Positions 23,629 to 37,338 of a stretch of DNA of 64,000 nucleotides are shown piece by piece. Source of the DNA: Gracilinanus agilis (taxonomy: Eukaryota); contig NC_058130.1 of assembly GCF_016433145.1 (NCBI RefSeq), positions 74,996 through 138,995 on the forward strand. Direction: 5' to 3'. Position 1 is the stretch's first letter. The number at the start of each line of letters is the position of its first letter. The translations under genes were made by a program, and so were the position numbers. Below the pieces are notes generated by a model that saw only the letters and a program-made list of their open reading frames with translations, made no database searches and was not told where the DNA came from.

Positions 23629-24763
23629 TGAGGCTTGAATGCCTTATTTTCAAGGGAAGATGCTAGCATTTTTATCCTCAGATACTTATAAGACCCCAAG
23701 ATCTTTAACTTAATGAATCAAGATTGGTCACCATAAGCCAAAGGATAATGTCTGCCTGAGGGAATTAGCCTTGAACTAAGGAAGGACTGTCATCAAGGAA
23801 AAGCTAGGCCCCTCCTAATACTGTCTGAGGTTTCCAATTGACCCTGAGGGAGTCAAACAGAAGAAACTGCTGCCAGCCCCAGTTAAAAGTTATAGCCCTG
23901 GCTGAAAGTGTGAATGCTCCAGCTGAAGAGAGCACTGAGCCAGGAGCTAAACATGATAAAAGACTTACAATAAACCATAACCTATGGAGAGCAAGCCTAG
24001 GGAATCTAAAAGATTCAGCCATCCAACAGAGATGTCATGTCCTGAGGATAGCCCAGCACTCCTGTCCGCTGCAGCTGCTAAGTAGCAGATTATCTAGCTT
24101 TGTCCAGCAGCTGTCCAGTGCTGAGTGACCTGATCTCCACCTCAGCCCACTGGCAACTAAGAGCCAAAAGCCAAGCAACCTTCCTGGTTGAACTCATCAT
24201 TAACCAAACCTACTAAGGAGTCAGTATAGCAGCTGAGAAATTGGCTTGATTCAGACCTGGAACAGCCTGACTGGAACCAGCTGAGGTGAGGAGCCATAAG
24301 AGAAACTAGCACCACTGAGTAATAGAATGACTCATAGATCAGCAATTCCTTCTTCCACAGAAATTTCCATAAGGACACACTTGAGAAAGAAAGGACAAGG
24401 AAGCCTTGCTGTGAAGGGGTTAAGAGTTTCCTTGGTCAAATGTGTTCCCTAGGCATATGCCTCACTACTATTATACATTAAGTCCTTCTCTTCCTTTAGG
24501 GTATTTTATGTGTATTTCTGGAAGAGTCTGCCCTGGTTCAGCCTTTATAGCTACTATTCTTGAGGTATCATTTAAATAAAAGCCTTTGCTAAAGACCTAA
24601 GTCTACTGGCTATTTGTTAAGGTGAAGCACACCAGTGGGGGCTCCTGAGCTGCTACTAAGAGGATAGCCATCTGCAGATGAGAGGAGAAGCAGCTACCCT
24701 CTAGGAATTCAATATTCCAGTGGTGGCATGGGCGAGGACAGTGAATCTAGAGAGGGTCCTACA
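23629..24763 (+). mobile_element. Probable solo LTR (left boundary uncertain: 23413 or 23629)
   Basis: GC-richer non-SINE/LINE block ending GGGTCCTACA, with AATAAA at ~24575 followed by a U5-like stretch. TSD not resolved (ATCTG at 23408-23412 vs ATCCG at 24764-24768 is one option). Confidence 0.55.
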
Positions 24764-27724
24764 ATCCGTTATCAATACCACATTATATTATTAAAAACAG
24801 ATCATATTTTCAAAGTATTTTAATGTATACAAAGTACTTTTTTCATAATAGAGTAGAAGTTGATGGCATATGTATTATAATTCCCACTCTATGGATAAGG
24901 AAACAGATTTTGGACAGTAGAATGACTTGTCTCAGATAACATGCTTAGAAAATAACAGAACTCTTCCTGAGATTGACAAATTTTTAATCAGAACCCTTCT
25001 AAACCCAATACAAAATGACTTCTTTGACTAATGACTCCTCTTCTTTTTTTGTAGGTAATCAGTAAGTCACACCTCATGACCTGAGTTCTAACTACTCTAC
25101 CCACATCATTGACTTTTGGATATATATTTCTTTGCCTCCTTTGCTGAGGAAGAAATTGAGGGTTGGAATATGAAGAAAGAAAAGAATTGCATTCCCAGAA
25201 ATTTTTGACTTTTTAAAACATTTTCCTATACATAATCCTCAAGGGTAGGGACTGATTTAGATTTTATCTTTGTATCTCCAGGACCTAGCGTGATACCTTG
25301 CATATTTAGGTACTTAGTAAATATTCACTTAATTAAATTAAATATTTTCTTACTTTTTCTTCCCAAAGAAATCATAGGCCCCAACAAACAAAATATCAGA
25401 AGGCAGATGTGATGGTGTCCACTTCCAAGATTTCCAGCATATATGATATGATTTGAGGGATATTGAACAGGTTTCATTCACTTAAATTTGTCCCCTCTCT
25501 GTTATCCTTCATGTTGTGTTATCTAAAAAATTGTTTTTTTTCTCCTGAATCTGAATTAATCACAAGATTATAGAATCTCAGAGCAGTAACCAACCTCAGA
25601 AACCATCTTGACCAACCAGAAACTGAACAAAAAGCACCTCTATAGCCTTTCTTTACTAGAAAACCTGCAGGAAGGAGTACATTCTCCCATTGTCTACCAT
25701 TCTGCCAAAGGCCAAGTCATCCATTTCACACGCAGAGATTTATAAAAGGTTAAACAACTTAAATAAGGCCACTAAGCTCTTCACATTCTAATAAATGAGT
25801 ATTTGATCAGGAACAGGACCAGATTTCTCCATCTAAAACAGAAAATGGCATATTTTCATGGCAGTATGGTAGAAAATGGAACAAACAATGAATCTGAAAC
25901 AAGGAGAGAGATCTGGGTTTCGGCCCCAACTTGTTGGATGATATCAAGAAAGCCATTTAACCCCTCTGAGTCATACAATGAAAATAGTGGTATCTATCTG
26001 GCAGGGTCATTGTAAAGATCACATAGAACTGATGTGTAGATCAAGTGAGATTATGTGTGTGTATGCACCGATGTATAAAACACACTTTAGAAGATTGACC
26101 TCTTCACCTGAAGACATCATGCAGCTTATGGAATATTATCCTAAACTGTACAGCAGTCTAGGAACATATTTAAATATTTTCTTACTGTTTAATTGAATTA
26201 TAATTTTTCCTGATTAGTTATTTTATTTAAACACCAGAACTAAAGTATTATTTGATTAATAAACTGAAGAAAATTAGTTTCCCAATAGTTGTATTTCATA
26301 CCTCTACAATTAAATATTAAATAAATAAAATAAAAATATACTCAATAAATCAACTTTAATCTTTTGTGGCTAAAAAAATGAAGTTTACTGAATACATAAT
26401 TCATTAACATGAAACCAATAATAAAATAGAGGCAATGATAACTACTTACATGTTGACAGTGAGAAAAATAACCAGAATCACCTCAAACCTTCTGTAGAAT
26501 AGCAGATGGTTTCTCTTCACTCCTAAAAACACAATTCCACCACTCAATTCATTTAGGGCACCTGTTAAAAGTCTTTCAAGAAATCTCATTGTATCTCCTC
26601 ATGAAAAGTAAATTCAGTATCTCAAGAAATTAAGTAATGTTAGTCCTAATACTTTCTCTTTTCCTCAGCCATCAAAGGAAGTCTCCCCAGAATGCACTGC
26701 AGATTGTCAGTTCTTCACAGACTCTTTAGAGAATTCTTTTTTATAATGTGTCTTCTTAAAATAACAGTTAAGAAACTTCTTATGAGGAAAAAGTTTCTTC
26801 ATCTTTTTTCTTTCTCCATTCTCAATAGATTTCTCATGGATGCTATTGAACAAAAGTTAACCTCCACACACTTTATTCCATAGGAAGAAGTACCTCATGA
26901 CAAAAAAAGGCAACAATTGTCCATACTTGCAGCCTAATTCTATCCTTTCTACAATGTTCCCTTACACTCAAAGATATAGTAAAAACAGTATCTCTACTTC
27001 TGCAGGAGAGACTGGTAAAGCTGGTGTTTACACAAGATGACTACATGATACCTAGAAACATATAGACATATCCTTCCCACATATGTGTATATATGTGTGA
27101 ATATATCCATATGTACACATACATACATTTATATGCATAATCTCCCCCAGCTCCAAGATTCTGTGATCAACTCAAATAATTAATTTTCAAAGGCATTCCC
27201 ATTTAGGAATTTAGGACACATTTTGGGATGAAGGAATCATCCAAGTATTTCTAAAATCACAACGTACAGGGTAATTTTGAAACTGGGAGATGATAAGTCC
27301 CAGCCTTACAAGATTGATGCAAGGATTCAGTTTGATTCCATTAATACTTTTAACAAGTATTTATTAAGAGCCTTTTGTGTACAAGGTACTCTCCTGGGCA
27401 AAAGACAAAATGAAAAGCAGTTTGGGTCTTCAAGGAGTTTGTATTTTAAAATATTTTTACATCTGGAAAAGATTTTAATTCAAGTGTCACTGAGTGTGTG
27501 ATCATAGGCAAATCACCTAATCTCTCGAGTCTCTAGGCAACTCTTTCAAATGAAAGGTTATGAAGAATAGGTCAAGCTCACTGGTAGAAAAAGGTAATTC
27601 ATGTGAGTGTTCCCTATAGCTCCTATCCCCTTGAAAGACCAAACCTCTACGCAAATGTAATTCTTTTCCATCTTCACCTTTTAGTTTTGGACAAATAACT
27701 AAATGTCTATGTATAGGAATTTCC

Positions 27725-28710
27725 TTAGAACCATAGAATTTCAGAATTGATAGTGGACTTTAGAGTTCACTGAGTATAATCTATACCTCAAAAAGCAACC
27801 TTCCTAAAATACATCCAATAAAAGTCATCTTTGCTTGAAGAGTTCCAATGACAAGGAATCCATTCCCTCCCAAGATACCCATTCAGCTTCTACTTAGCTT
27901 GGGTTATTAGAAAGTTTTTCCTTTTATCCAACCTGAACTCATTTCCATGACACAAATTTCTTCTAGTTATGCTCTCTAGGACCTAGTCCCTTTCCCACCT
28001 GATATCTTTTAAGGATTTGAAGACTATTATCATATCCAACCTAAGCTTTCTCTTCTCCAGGCTCAGCCTTCCCAATTATTTCTACTGATCTTTATATAAC
28101 ATAGATGAGAGGCTCCTTACCATTCTGTCCATCCTCTTTTGGTTCTGGTTTATTCATGACTTTCCTAAAATGCATTGTACAAAACCAAATATAACACTCT
28201 CCATGTGATCTGATATGTGTAGAATAAAGCAGGGACTTTGAATTCTTTATCCTTGAAAGCTATGGCTCTCTTAAAGTAGCCCAATATCATATTAGCTTTT
28301 TGACTGCCATAACATAATACTGATGCACACTGAATTCTTTGTTATTGTTTAGTTGTTTTTCAGTTGCATACAACTCTTTGTGATCTCATTTGGGGTTTTC
28401 TTGGCAAAGATACAGGAGTGTTTTGCCATTTCCTTCTCCAACCCACTTTACAGATGAGGAAACTGAGAAAAAATAGGGTTAAATGACTTGTCCAGGTTCA
28501 CACAGTTCATAAGAGCCTGGGGCCAGATTTGAACTCTGACCTTTGATTCAGGATCCAGGGTGCCCCAATTGAGTTCCCTAAAGATTACTAAAACCTACAG
28601 ATTTTTTTTTCCTGAGAAAGTGCTATTTAACCAGGTCTCCCTCATCTTATACTGGTAAAGTCCATTTCTTGAGCCCATTAGCACACTATTCTATTTCATC
28701 TTGAGAGACA
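27725..28710 (-). mobile_element. L3/CR1 fragment interrupted by a MAR1 (~28340-28570)
   Basis: TTGCTTGAAGAGTTCCAATGACAAGG, CTTCTCCAGGCTCAGCC and CAAAACCAAATATAACACTCTCC are L3 antisense motifs. L3-like sequence resumes after the SINE. Confidence 0.7.
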
Positions 28711-28714
28711 ATGA

Positions 28715-29320
28715 GTCATAATGGACAGGGAGCTACCCTCAGAGCCAAGAAGAACTGAGTTCATGTCAACCTGTGGACCCATATCTGTCGTGTGCTCCTG
28801 ACCATGGCAGTCAACCTGTCAATGCCCCAGACAACTCTCTAAGACTGTAGGTTAGAGAACAGTAGCAACACTGCCATCATAGAAGGACTTTCCTCACCAT
28901 GGTGCCCAAACTAATAAATCACAGTTCTGAACAAAATGAATTAATTAATTAGATTCAGTTCAATTCTCTCACCTGCCAACATGTTCTTTTAGTCTTTTTA
29001 AATGTTTCTTGGAAAAAGTGGGCAAATAAATTCACAGTGAAAAGTAAATAATGAAGTTAGACCATTTACACATTTGTATGTACATATATGGGTGTGAATA
29101 CATATATATAGCAGCACAGAGGATGCTATAGTGGATAGAGAGTTGGCCTCGGTGCCAGGAAGATAGAAGTTCTTGTCCAACATATACTTAGCCCCTAGAC
29201 AAGTCAGTTAATCTCTCAGTGCCCTGGGCACCTCCCTAAAGTTATAAAGTGCAAAGAAGGTATTGACTTGCATTGATGGAAGAAGTTTCTTCAGTGGGAA
29301 GTTTCCTATTCCAATGAGAT
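28715..29320 (+). mobile_element. Two marsupial CORE-SINEs with a distinct tail (~28715-28930, ~29118-29320); family not named
   Basis: tRNA-like heads and shared tail CAACTCTCTAAGACT..TAG..AGAA..CTG.CATTG.TAGA.G.A.TTTCCTCA. Similar copies at ~27490, ~37412 and ~53490. Confidence 0.6.
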
Positions 29321-29329
29321 GAGACATGT

Positions 29330-29500
29330 GGTCTGCAGGCACCATATGACCCACAACATTTCTGAGTGCAGGATGAACCAGATTAAGATATAATTAAGAA
29401 ATGTTTAACAAAACTAAGACAAATACAATAAAACATAGGTAATAGGAATATGTGGTTTCTAAATCAAAATTCACCCCCAGGAATCCTTACGTTTAACACT
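29330..29500 (+). mobile_element. DNA-transposon-like (probably hAT) MITE fragment; second copy reversed at ~54825-54930
   Basis: CCACAACATTTCTGAGTGCAGGATGAACCAGATTAAGATATAATT..AATACAATAAAACATA matches the reverse complement of 54825-54930. Confidence 0.45.
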
Positions 29501-30404
29501 GCAACTAGCTATTTTTGCAGTGAGGTAAAGATTAAAAAATGATGCTCTTCCTCGTCCTAATGGCATGGCATGTTTGAAATAATAGATGTGTCCATTATTC
29601 AGGATCTATTAAGCACAACTCCATCATCTTCTATAAGGAAGAAATATGACATACTCAATATGGAGTCAAAGGAATTGGGTTCAAATCTCTTTCTCTGTTA
29701 TTTTGCTATCTGAATAATCTTTGTCAAGTCATTTAACCTTCCTGGGCCTGAGTTTCCCTATCTGTATAAGAAAAGAGTTGGACTAGATGGCTCTGAGGTG
29801 TCTTATGGCTCTAGGTCTATGATCCTATGATCCTTATTGCCAGCACTAATAATACATATAAGGCAAATAAGGCAAAGATGAAAAAGTCCTTGCTCTTAAA
29901 GAGCTTTTATTCCTGTTTTCACTGGCTATCAAGTAAGACCAGGAAGGTTTGCTTCTAGCTTTGGTGGCATTGGACAATACAGTTAATTGACTGTATGGAC
30001 AATAAAAAAGGAAATTTGTCCATGCTGAGCAAAATTACCATGAGCATCTCATTTTGTAGAGGAATTTGTGGTTTTCAAAGAGATCCAGAAAGACAGTGAG
30101 AAAAAGTGGTGGGAGTGAAGATGGTATCTCTCCTGTGGCTGAAAGATCTTTGGTAGGACTGTGTCTGCCATGGGAGATAACAACTTTCACATGGACAGCA
30201 GAGAGAATATTTCCTGGATAATGGGAGGGACTGTTTGACAGATATTATACTGGAGGAAATTGAAGGCTTTGCCAAGTTTCATGATAAAATAGTATTTCTC
30301 ACGGTAAGGTCAAACACTGTTTAATGCAAGCTACTGCTTTTAATACACAGTGGGAATGTGATAGATATGGCATACAGCATCAGATTTTCATCAAGGTAGG
30401 TATA

Positions 30405-30531
30405 GAGGGCTCGCATGTTAACATTTAAAAAGAAATTGTATGAATGTCACAATAAGAAAAAATAGTTGAGCATGAATTTGGAATCCACTGATGAACCTGA
30501 AATTGAGTACGCTTATCAATAGCGAGTCCTC
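30405..30531. mobile_element. Possible Tc1/mariner-type MITE (127 bp)
   Basis: TA|GAGGGCTCGC ... GCGAGTCCTC|TA: inverted termini (13 bp with one mismatch including flanks), TA flanks and AT-rich interior. Confidence 0.35.
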
Positions 30532-32805
30532 TATGGATTTGAACTCAAACCCCTCCTGAATGCCTAACTCCCGCAGATGTCAGAAGGAGCAGAGTGTGTG
30601 AAAAGAAGACTAAATTAGATTCTTAGTAGAGAGCACTAATGAGTTGGGTAATAGGATATGAAATTATTTTAAAATACTTACCAATACTATAAAGAGTGTA
30701 TAAATTCGTGGGTGTTGGATCTTCTTACAACCTCCAAAACCAAGCTGAAAATAGGGCAGAGTCAATGGAACTTTGCACCAAGGAAGGGACATCCATGAGG
30801 CCACTTCCTTTTATTGAAAGAGGGGAATTCTAGTGTGCATGGATGGCACCAAGCATTATGCTAACTATTTGCAGTGCTGGACTCTCATTCCCTGAGGATG
30901 CTTCCCTTCTCTGCCCCACCTTCCACTGCATCCTTTAACCCATATCTCCTCCCATCTTGTCCAAGGGGTCTTGGCTTTAATGATAAGTAATTGGTTGTAT
31001 TACAAGGATTGAGGCTATGCTTTCTAGGAGACTAGCTTTCCCCATTACCAGCATGACTGTACTCAGCTGGGGAAGACTATTCACTGGGTCCTGCCCCTGC
31101 CTGAATTTGGTTGAAGTTGCCAGAATTCTTAGTTTTAGCTCTGCTCCAAAGGTCTGGGTACAAAATAAAAATCTTACAACTCACTAGGCATTGAAATGTG
31201 AGGCATAGCACTTTAAAGTTCTTTAAAATAAAGTATATTAAAGTATAATAATCTTTTTAACATTACTTTTTAAAAATTGAGTCTGTAATTCTTTCCATCC
31301 TCCAATTCCTCTCATTCATTAAGAAAGTAAGTAATAAGATCACCATGAGCTAGGTAGTATGTGTATTATTATCTCTATTTTAAAGAAGAGGAAATCTTGA
31401 GGCATAAGAGTTGAAGATACTTGTCAGCGGTCACTTGGCTAATGAGTAAGCAGATGACTATTATTGTCTTATCCGATCCTGACAATAAGCCAGGGATGTT
31501 GGTTGGGCAGGAAATTGTTTTCCCTGTTTTACAGATAAAGAAACAGCTTCAGTGAGGTGAAATTGCCATACATACATCCCCAAACTAGAAGTAATAGATG
31601 TGGACCCAAATATTGGTCTCCTGACTCCAAGTCTTTTATTCTTTCCACTTTAAAAATAATTGACATTTATATAGAGTTCTAAGGTTTCCTAAGAATTTTA
31701 CAGATGTATTTCATTTAAGCCTCATAATTGTGAGGAAGCTATTGTTATCATTGTTATTAATATTTTAACGACATTTTTACAAATGAGGAAACTGAAGTTC
31801 TCAGAGAAGTTAAATGACTTACCCAAAACAGTTAGCCAATGTTGGAGGTTTGCCTTTCTAATTCCAAATCTAGTCCCCTAGTCACTACAGCACACTGCCT
31901 TCTACTCTGATTATAATTGATGAGACAAGGCTCTATATTGTTTCAAGTGTGAGATCAAACTCCATAATATTTCCTCCAAGGAGATGTAGCTCATTGCTTC
32001 ACACCCTCTGCCTTCTTGGCATGACTCTGCCCATTTGCTAAGGATGTAGCTACTGCTGATTGGTGGTTGGAAGACAGTAGGTCTGTCATATTAAATTAAG
32101 ATTCCATTCTGAAGATGTAGGACCACCACACAATCTTCTTGAGATCAACAGTCCTCCACTTCTATTTCCTTTTGAAACAAATATCTTTTCCAAACAGTAC
32201 AGTTGACTGTTTTGCCTCTTGGGAATACAATAACCAGACATTGATTTCTGCTGAAGTTAACATCAAAAATTATTGAACTGAGAGGTACACATTGCCCTGG
32301 TCTTTACCTCAGTCAATATTTACCTTGAAAGATAATTAATCTTGATGTTGAGTAAAAGCAGAAGCCAATAGATGTATTCTAAGTTGCCTACATGCTAGGA
32401 TAAAAGTGTAATTTATAAAGCAGATGAAGCATTTTAGAGGAACGCCAAACATTTGCAAAGGTGCTTTTGGCATGGGAAAGTTGACCTCAAAATTGCAGTC
32501 CATGGATCGAGTTCTTCCCATATGAATGAACTGCACCATTTCCTGTCTGTTTCATTAGACAATGTAGTCAATTCAAATCAACTCCCAAAACATTTATTTA
32601 GTATCTATTATTTGCAAAGTACTGTACTAGATGCTGGAAATACAAAAAACAAAACAAAACTGTGCCTTCCCTCAAGGAGCTTACATTCTACTGGGCTGAT
32701 GTAACATGTTTTCAAAGAAATAAATAATAAACCAGATAATAAGTTAAACCAAATAATAAAATAATAATAAATAAACCAAATAATAAAAAGTTAATCTAGT
32801 TTTTT

Positions 32806-33770
32806 CTTTTTTTATTTAGAATATCTTCCCATGGTTACATGATTCATGATTCCTTGCCTTTCCTTCCCCCCTTCCAGAGCTGACAAGCAGTTCCACTGGG
32901 TTATACAAGTATCATTGTTCAAAAAATATTTCCATGTTATTCATATTTGCAGTACAGCATTCCTTTAACTTCAAAACCTTAATCAAATCCCTATTGAACT
33001 ATGTGATCAATCATATGTTTTTCTTCTGTATTTCTGTTCACATAGTTCTTTCTCTGGATGTGGATAGTGTTCTTTCCCATAATTTCCTCTGGATTGTCCT
33101 GGGTCATTGCATTACTGCTAATAGGAAAGTCTATTACATTCGATTGGGACATAATTTATCAGTCTCTGTGTACAATGTTCTCCTGGTTCTGCTCCTTTCA
33201 CTCTGCATCAATTCCTGGAGGTCTTTCCAGTTCATTTGGAATTCCTCCAGTTCATTATTCCTTTTAGCACAATAGTATTCCATCACTATCAGATACCAAA
33301 TTTTGTTCAGCCATTGCCCAATCAATGGACACCCCCTCACTTTCCCATTTTTTGCCACCACAAAGAGAGTGGTTATAAATATTTTTGTACAAGTATTTTT
33401 CCTTATTATCTCTTTGGGATACATACCCAGCAGTAGTGTAGCAGGGTCAAAAGGCACGCAGTCTTCTAAAGTCCTTTGGGCATAGTTCCAAATTGTCCTT
33501 CAGAATGGTTAGACCAATCACAACTCCACCAGTAGTGTATTAGTGTCCCAGTTTTGCCACATCCCCTCCAACATTTATCACTTTCCTTTGCTGCCATATT
33601 AGCCAATCTGCTAGGTGTAAGGTGGTACCTCAGAGATGTTTTAATTTGCATTTCTCTAACCAAGAGGGATTTAGAACACTTTTTTTCATGTGCTTATTGA
33701 TAGTTTTGCTTTCATTATGTTAAAACTGCCTATTAATGTCCCTTGACCATTTGTCAATTGGGGAATGATT
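32806..33770 (-). mobile_element. 5'-truncated L1 (ORF2 C-terminus + 3' UTR) with TSD
   Basis: TSD AAAAAGTTAATCTAGTTTTTT (32785-32805 / 33772-33792) and TTTT/AA endonuclease site at right. ORFs 33466..33663 and 33134..33457 give L1 ORF2 peptides ([31 protein letters not shown]). Confidence 0.95.
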
Positions 33771-36700
33771 AAAAAAGTTAATCTAGTTTTTTAAAAAGCT
33801 TTCCATATTAAGAAAGTCACTGAGTTTTGGGCTCTATCTTATAACCAAAGCATTTGGAGCATTCCCTTCTAGCTCAGAACCTATTGATTTCAGGTCTGAT
33901 ATCAAAGAAGTTCATGTCTTTGTACATTTTCCACTAAAGGAGGAAAGGCAACAATCATCTGGAAAAGTTCATAACTGGTTATTAGGAGGAGACCAAGGTT
34001 CAGATATTTTGTGAGATGTTAAGCCAGAGGCCAAAGGTGTTGAGAACCCCAGGAAAGAACATTCTCAGTATTTCAAATAAGTGCTGCCCTTGGAGTATTA
34101 TCTTAAAATAAAACACTCTTAGAGGTCTCATACTAAACAGAACCATAGGAAGGGGACTAAGACACATTAATTACTTTATAGACTTCCAACCTGGAAGTGA
34201 CCTTAGGGATCATTTTCTTACTTTACAGATCATTGGATTATAAATTTTAAGCTGGAAAGAAGCTCAGATTCTCTCTAATCTAACCTCCTCATTTTAAAGA
34301 GGAGAAAACTAAAAACCAGAGAGGGAAAGGTACTTGTGCAAGGTCTCAGAGCTTTACCTTTACCTACTCCTCTGACTAAAAATCTCATGTTCTTTCTCCT
34401 GTGTTATTTAATAGTTTCTTTTTTCTGGCTAGTCATTTTTCACTGGTTGGAACCATGTAATATATAATTTGTCTCTTGTAATATAAAATCCAGTTTCTGA
34501 GAATATAAATTTGGCCTTGGAAATTGACTAGTTAGGGAAAGAATGACAAGTATAAGGTTAGGACTCAGTTTCCTCATCTGTAAATGAAGATCATCAAATA
34601 GTTGATCCGTGAGGTTCCTTTCAAAACGCTATGTAGAAGTCCTTCTAATGTGTTTATTATCCACATCCTACCTTGGCTTGCCCCCAATGTGATTCTGATT
34701 CCGTCAGTACAGACTCCCTCTTTCCCTTTCCCAGTCAACCTCAGCCTCACAATAGTAATGAAATGTTACATCCAAAACCATAAACAAATTCCTTGCAGAA
34801 AATTGATTTCAGTGGTTAGTCTATTTTTCTCTTTCCAGCTGTATGTTACCTAGAAGGTCACAAAGACAAACAGTGTAGATTTACATCTGGAGCAAAGTCA
34901 AATCCTCTTGTGTGACTTGCCCAAGGTTGTCCTCCCAGACATAAGATGGAGAATAGGCTTCCTGATCTCTACCCCAAAACTCTAAGAAGTGTTTATTATA
35001 TGGTTTTAGGACGACCTGAAAGAAGAACTGACATTCTAAAGACATTTTAAAGCAGCTATGTGGAGCAATGAATGGGATTCAGGAAGACTTGATCCTTACT
35101 AGCTGTGACTGTGGGCAAGTCACTTAACTACTGTGTGCCTCAACTTCTGCATCAAAGGAGGAAACTCATAAAATGAGGTCGTTAGAATAGATTCCCGCTA
35201 AGATCACTTAAAACTCTAGCGCTATGATTCTGTAATGATTCAATTTATTTCCTGGCAGATTGCTTCCCTTCTATGTACCTTGATTTCCATATTTATAAAT
35301 GAAAGAGTAGGAGTAGGTGACTCTAAAGGGCCCTTCCAGATCTAAATCTGAATCAATGATGACTTTACTTCCTATGTGTTCTGGGCTAGTAATTTCCCTT
35401 CCATGGGCTTCAGTTTCCTCATTTTAAAAGGAAGAAGTTGGGCAAGACAATCTCAAAGGCCCCATCCATCTCAAAAGCCAATGTGACTCTAAGTGCTCCA
35501 AACTGCTTAATGGGGCATCATGATTTATGGCAGGGTCTTTTATTCCCTACATCTAGGTTCAGGATTTTTTCTAAAAGTACCAAAGAGGATTGACAATGGA
35601 TAAGCTCTCTAAAAGCCCAATTTAAAGTTACTGCACTGATGGCATAGGGGCCAGTTCTACAATCTTCACTTGATTTGGGTTTTGTCTCTGCCAGTCTGGA
35701 ATATAATCCATCTCCTTTTTTTGTCTTGAGATAGAAAATGTCTGTCTTTTAAGAGAAGGCTCTAAATGTCACCACCATTAGGGATCAATGATTGTTCCCT
35801 TTCCAGTGTGGAAAGCATAAACAAATGATGGAGAAATATTCACCAAGAGCTTATAGAGACAAGCAACATGGAATCACTAAAGGATGATTGGGTTTTCTTT
35901 TTCTTTTTGACATCACATATGCCTGGGAAAACAACAGTCCATGACCACTTTTAAGACTGGCCATTTTGTATTGCTCATGATTAATCATCTTTCCTCTGAA
36001 GTCATTAGGAGAGATTTTTCCCCCTTTTTGCTTTGATTTCATTTAAAGAATGTCCTCTCAGAGTGAAGAGGAAATTCTCATTTTTCTGCTGACATATTTG
36101 GGTACAAGTGGAAATCATAAAAGAAATTGCTGCATCATCGATGGAATAAGAAAACAGGAAAGTGAGCCTCATTCCAAGCTGACCCATCTCTGTTTCAGTT
36201 GCCTTTATGCTGATGACCACAGATTTTCCATCTAGGCATGAGGCCAGTTTGACTAAAATTCCTACAGCAAAAAGTTTATTTTAAAACCCTAAAACAACCT
36301 CCTGCAAAAAAAAAAACATTTTATTGTGAATTTATATCAGAGATGCTCACAGTCATGCATATGAAAGAGGCTAGATAAAATATTCTGATCTCATAGAAAT
36401 CATGCATACTTCAAGATTCATGGGTAGGTGCCTTCCTCAGTAGGGATTTGCCCTTCATAGATGCAGATTATGGCCCCTGAACACTTAAATAGATGATCTT
36501 CATGACTTTGTGAGTTGTGGTTGGAAAAAAAAATTGATGACCACCTCTTCTTAGCTAGACTGGTCTTTGAATGACAGAAAATGAGACCAAGCTGATAATA
36601 TAAACCTGTCTACCCTTTTAGACCCTGCCACCACTTATACTGCTTACATAGACTCTAAGGTTCAGCTTGTGATAGGAGAAAGAATGAGAGGAGGAGTTTA

Positions 36701-36838
36701 GCAGAAACTTAGAGATAGCATCTAAACATGGACAACAAAAGGTATCACTTTTGTGACTTGTGTGTGATACTGTGTTAAGTGCTCTATAAAAGGAAGGAAA
36801 GAAGTGAGGAAGTGGAGAAATAATTGAAGGGATGAAAG

Positions 36839-37338
36839 NNNNNNNNNNNNNNNNNNNNNNNNNNNNNNNNNNNNNNNNNNNNNNNNNNNNNNNNNNNNNN
36901 NNNNNNNNNNNNNNNNNNNNNNNNNNNNNNNNNNNNNNNNNNNNNNNNNNNNNNNNNNNNNNNNNNNNNNNNNNNNNNNNNNNNNNNNNNNNNNNNNNNN
37001 NNNNNNNNNNNNNNNNNNNNNNNNNNNNNNNNNNNNNNNNNNNNNNNNNNNNNNNNNNNNNNNNNNNNNNNNNNNNNNNNNNNNNNNNNNNNNNNNNNNN
37101 NNNNNNNNNNNNNNNNNNNNNNNNNNNNNNNNNNNNNNNNNNNNNNNNNNNNNNNNNNNNNNNNNNNNNNNNNNNNNNNNNNNNNNNNNNNNNNNNNNNN
37201 NNNNNNNNNNNNNNNNNNNNNNNNNNNNNNNNNNNNNNNNNNNNNNNNNNNNNNNNNNNNNNNNNNNNNNNNNNNNNNNNNNNNNNNNNNNNNNNNNNNN
37301 NNNNNNNNNNNNNNNNNNNNNNNNNNNNNNNNNNNNNN
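36839..37338. other. Assembly gap (exactly 500 N)
   Basis: Direct reading. The round length suggests a placeholder of unknown true size. Confidence 0.98.

Noticed and set aside
26480-26560. ALNELSGGIVFLGV resembles the Schlafen AlbA_2 motif
   Set aside because: The resemblance is limited to a few residues and the flanks do not fit, so it is not supportable without a search.
30060-30310. Exon-like stretch with a good ACG|GTAAGG donor and peptide REYFLDNGRDCLTDIILEEIEGFAKFHDKIVFLT
   Set aside because: All frames from the best acceptor hit stops, the nearer acceptors are weak, and I recognise no homolog.
32934-33663. Cluster of ORFs that look protein-like
   Set aside because: These are fragments of L1 ORF2 and their antisense frames inside a truncated L1, not a host gene.
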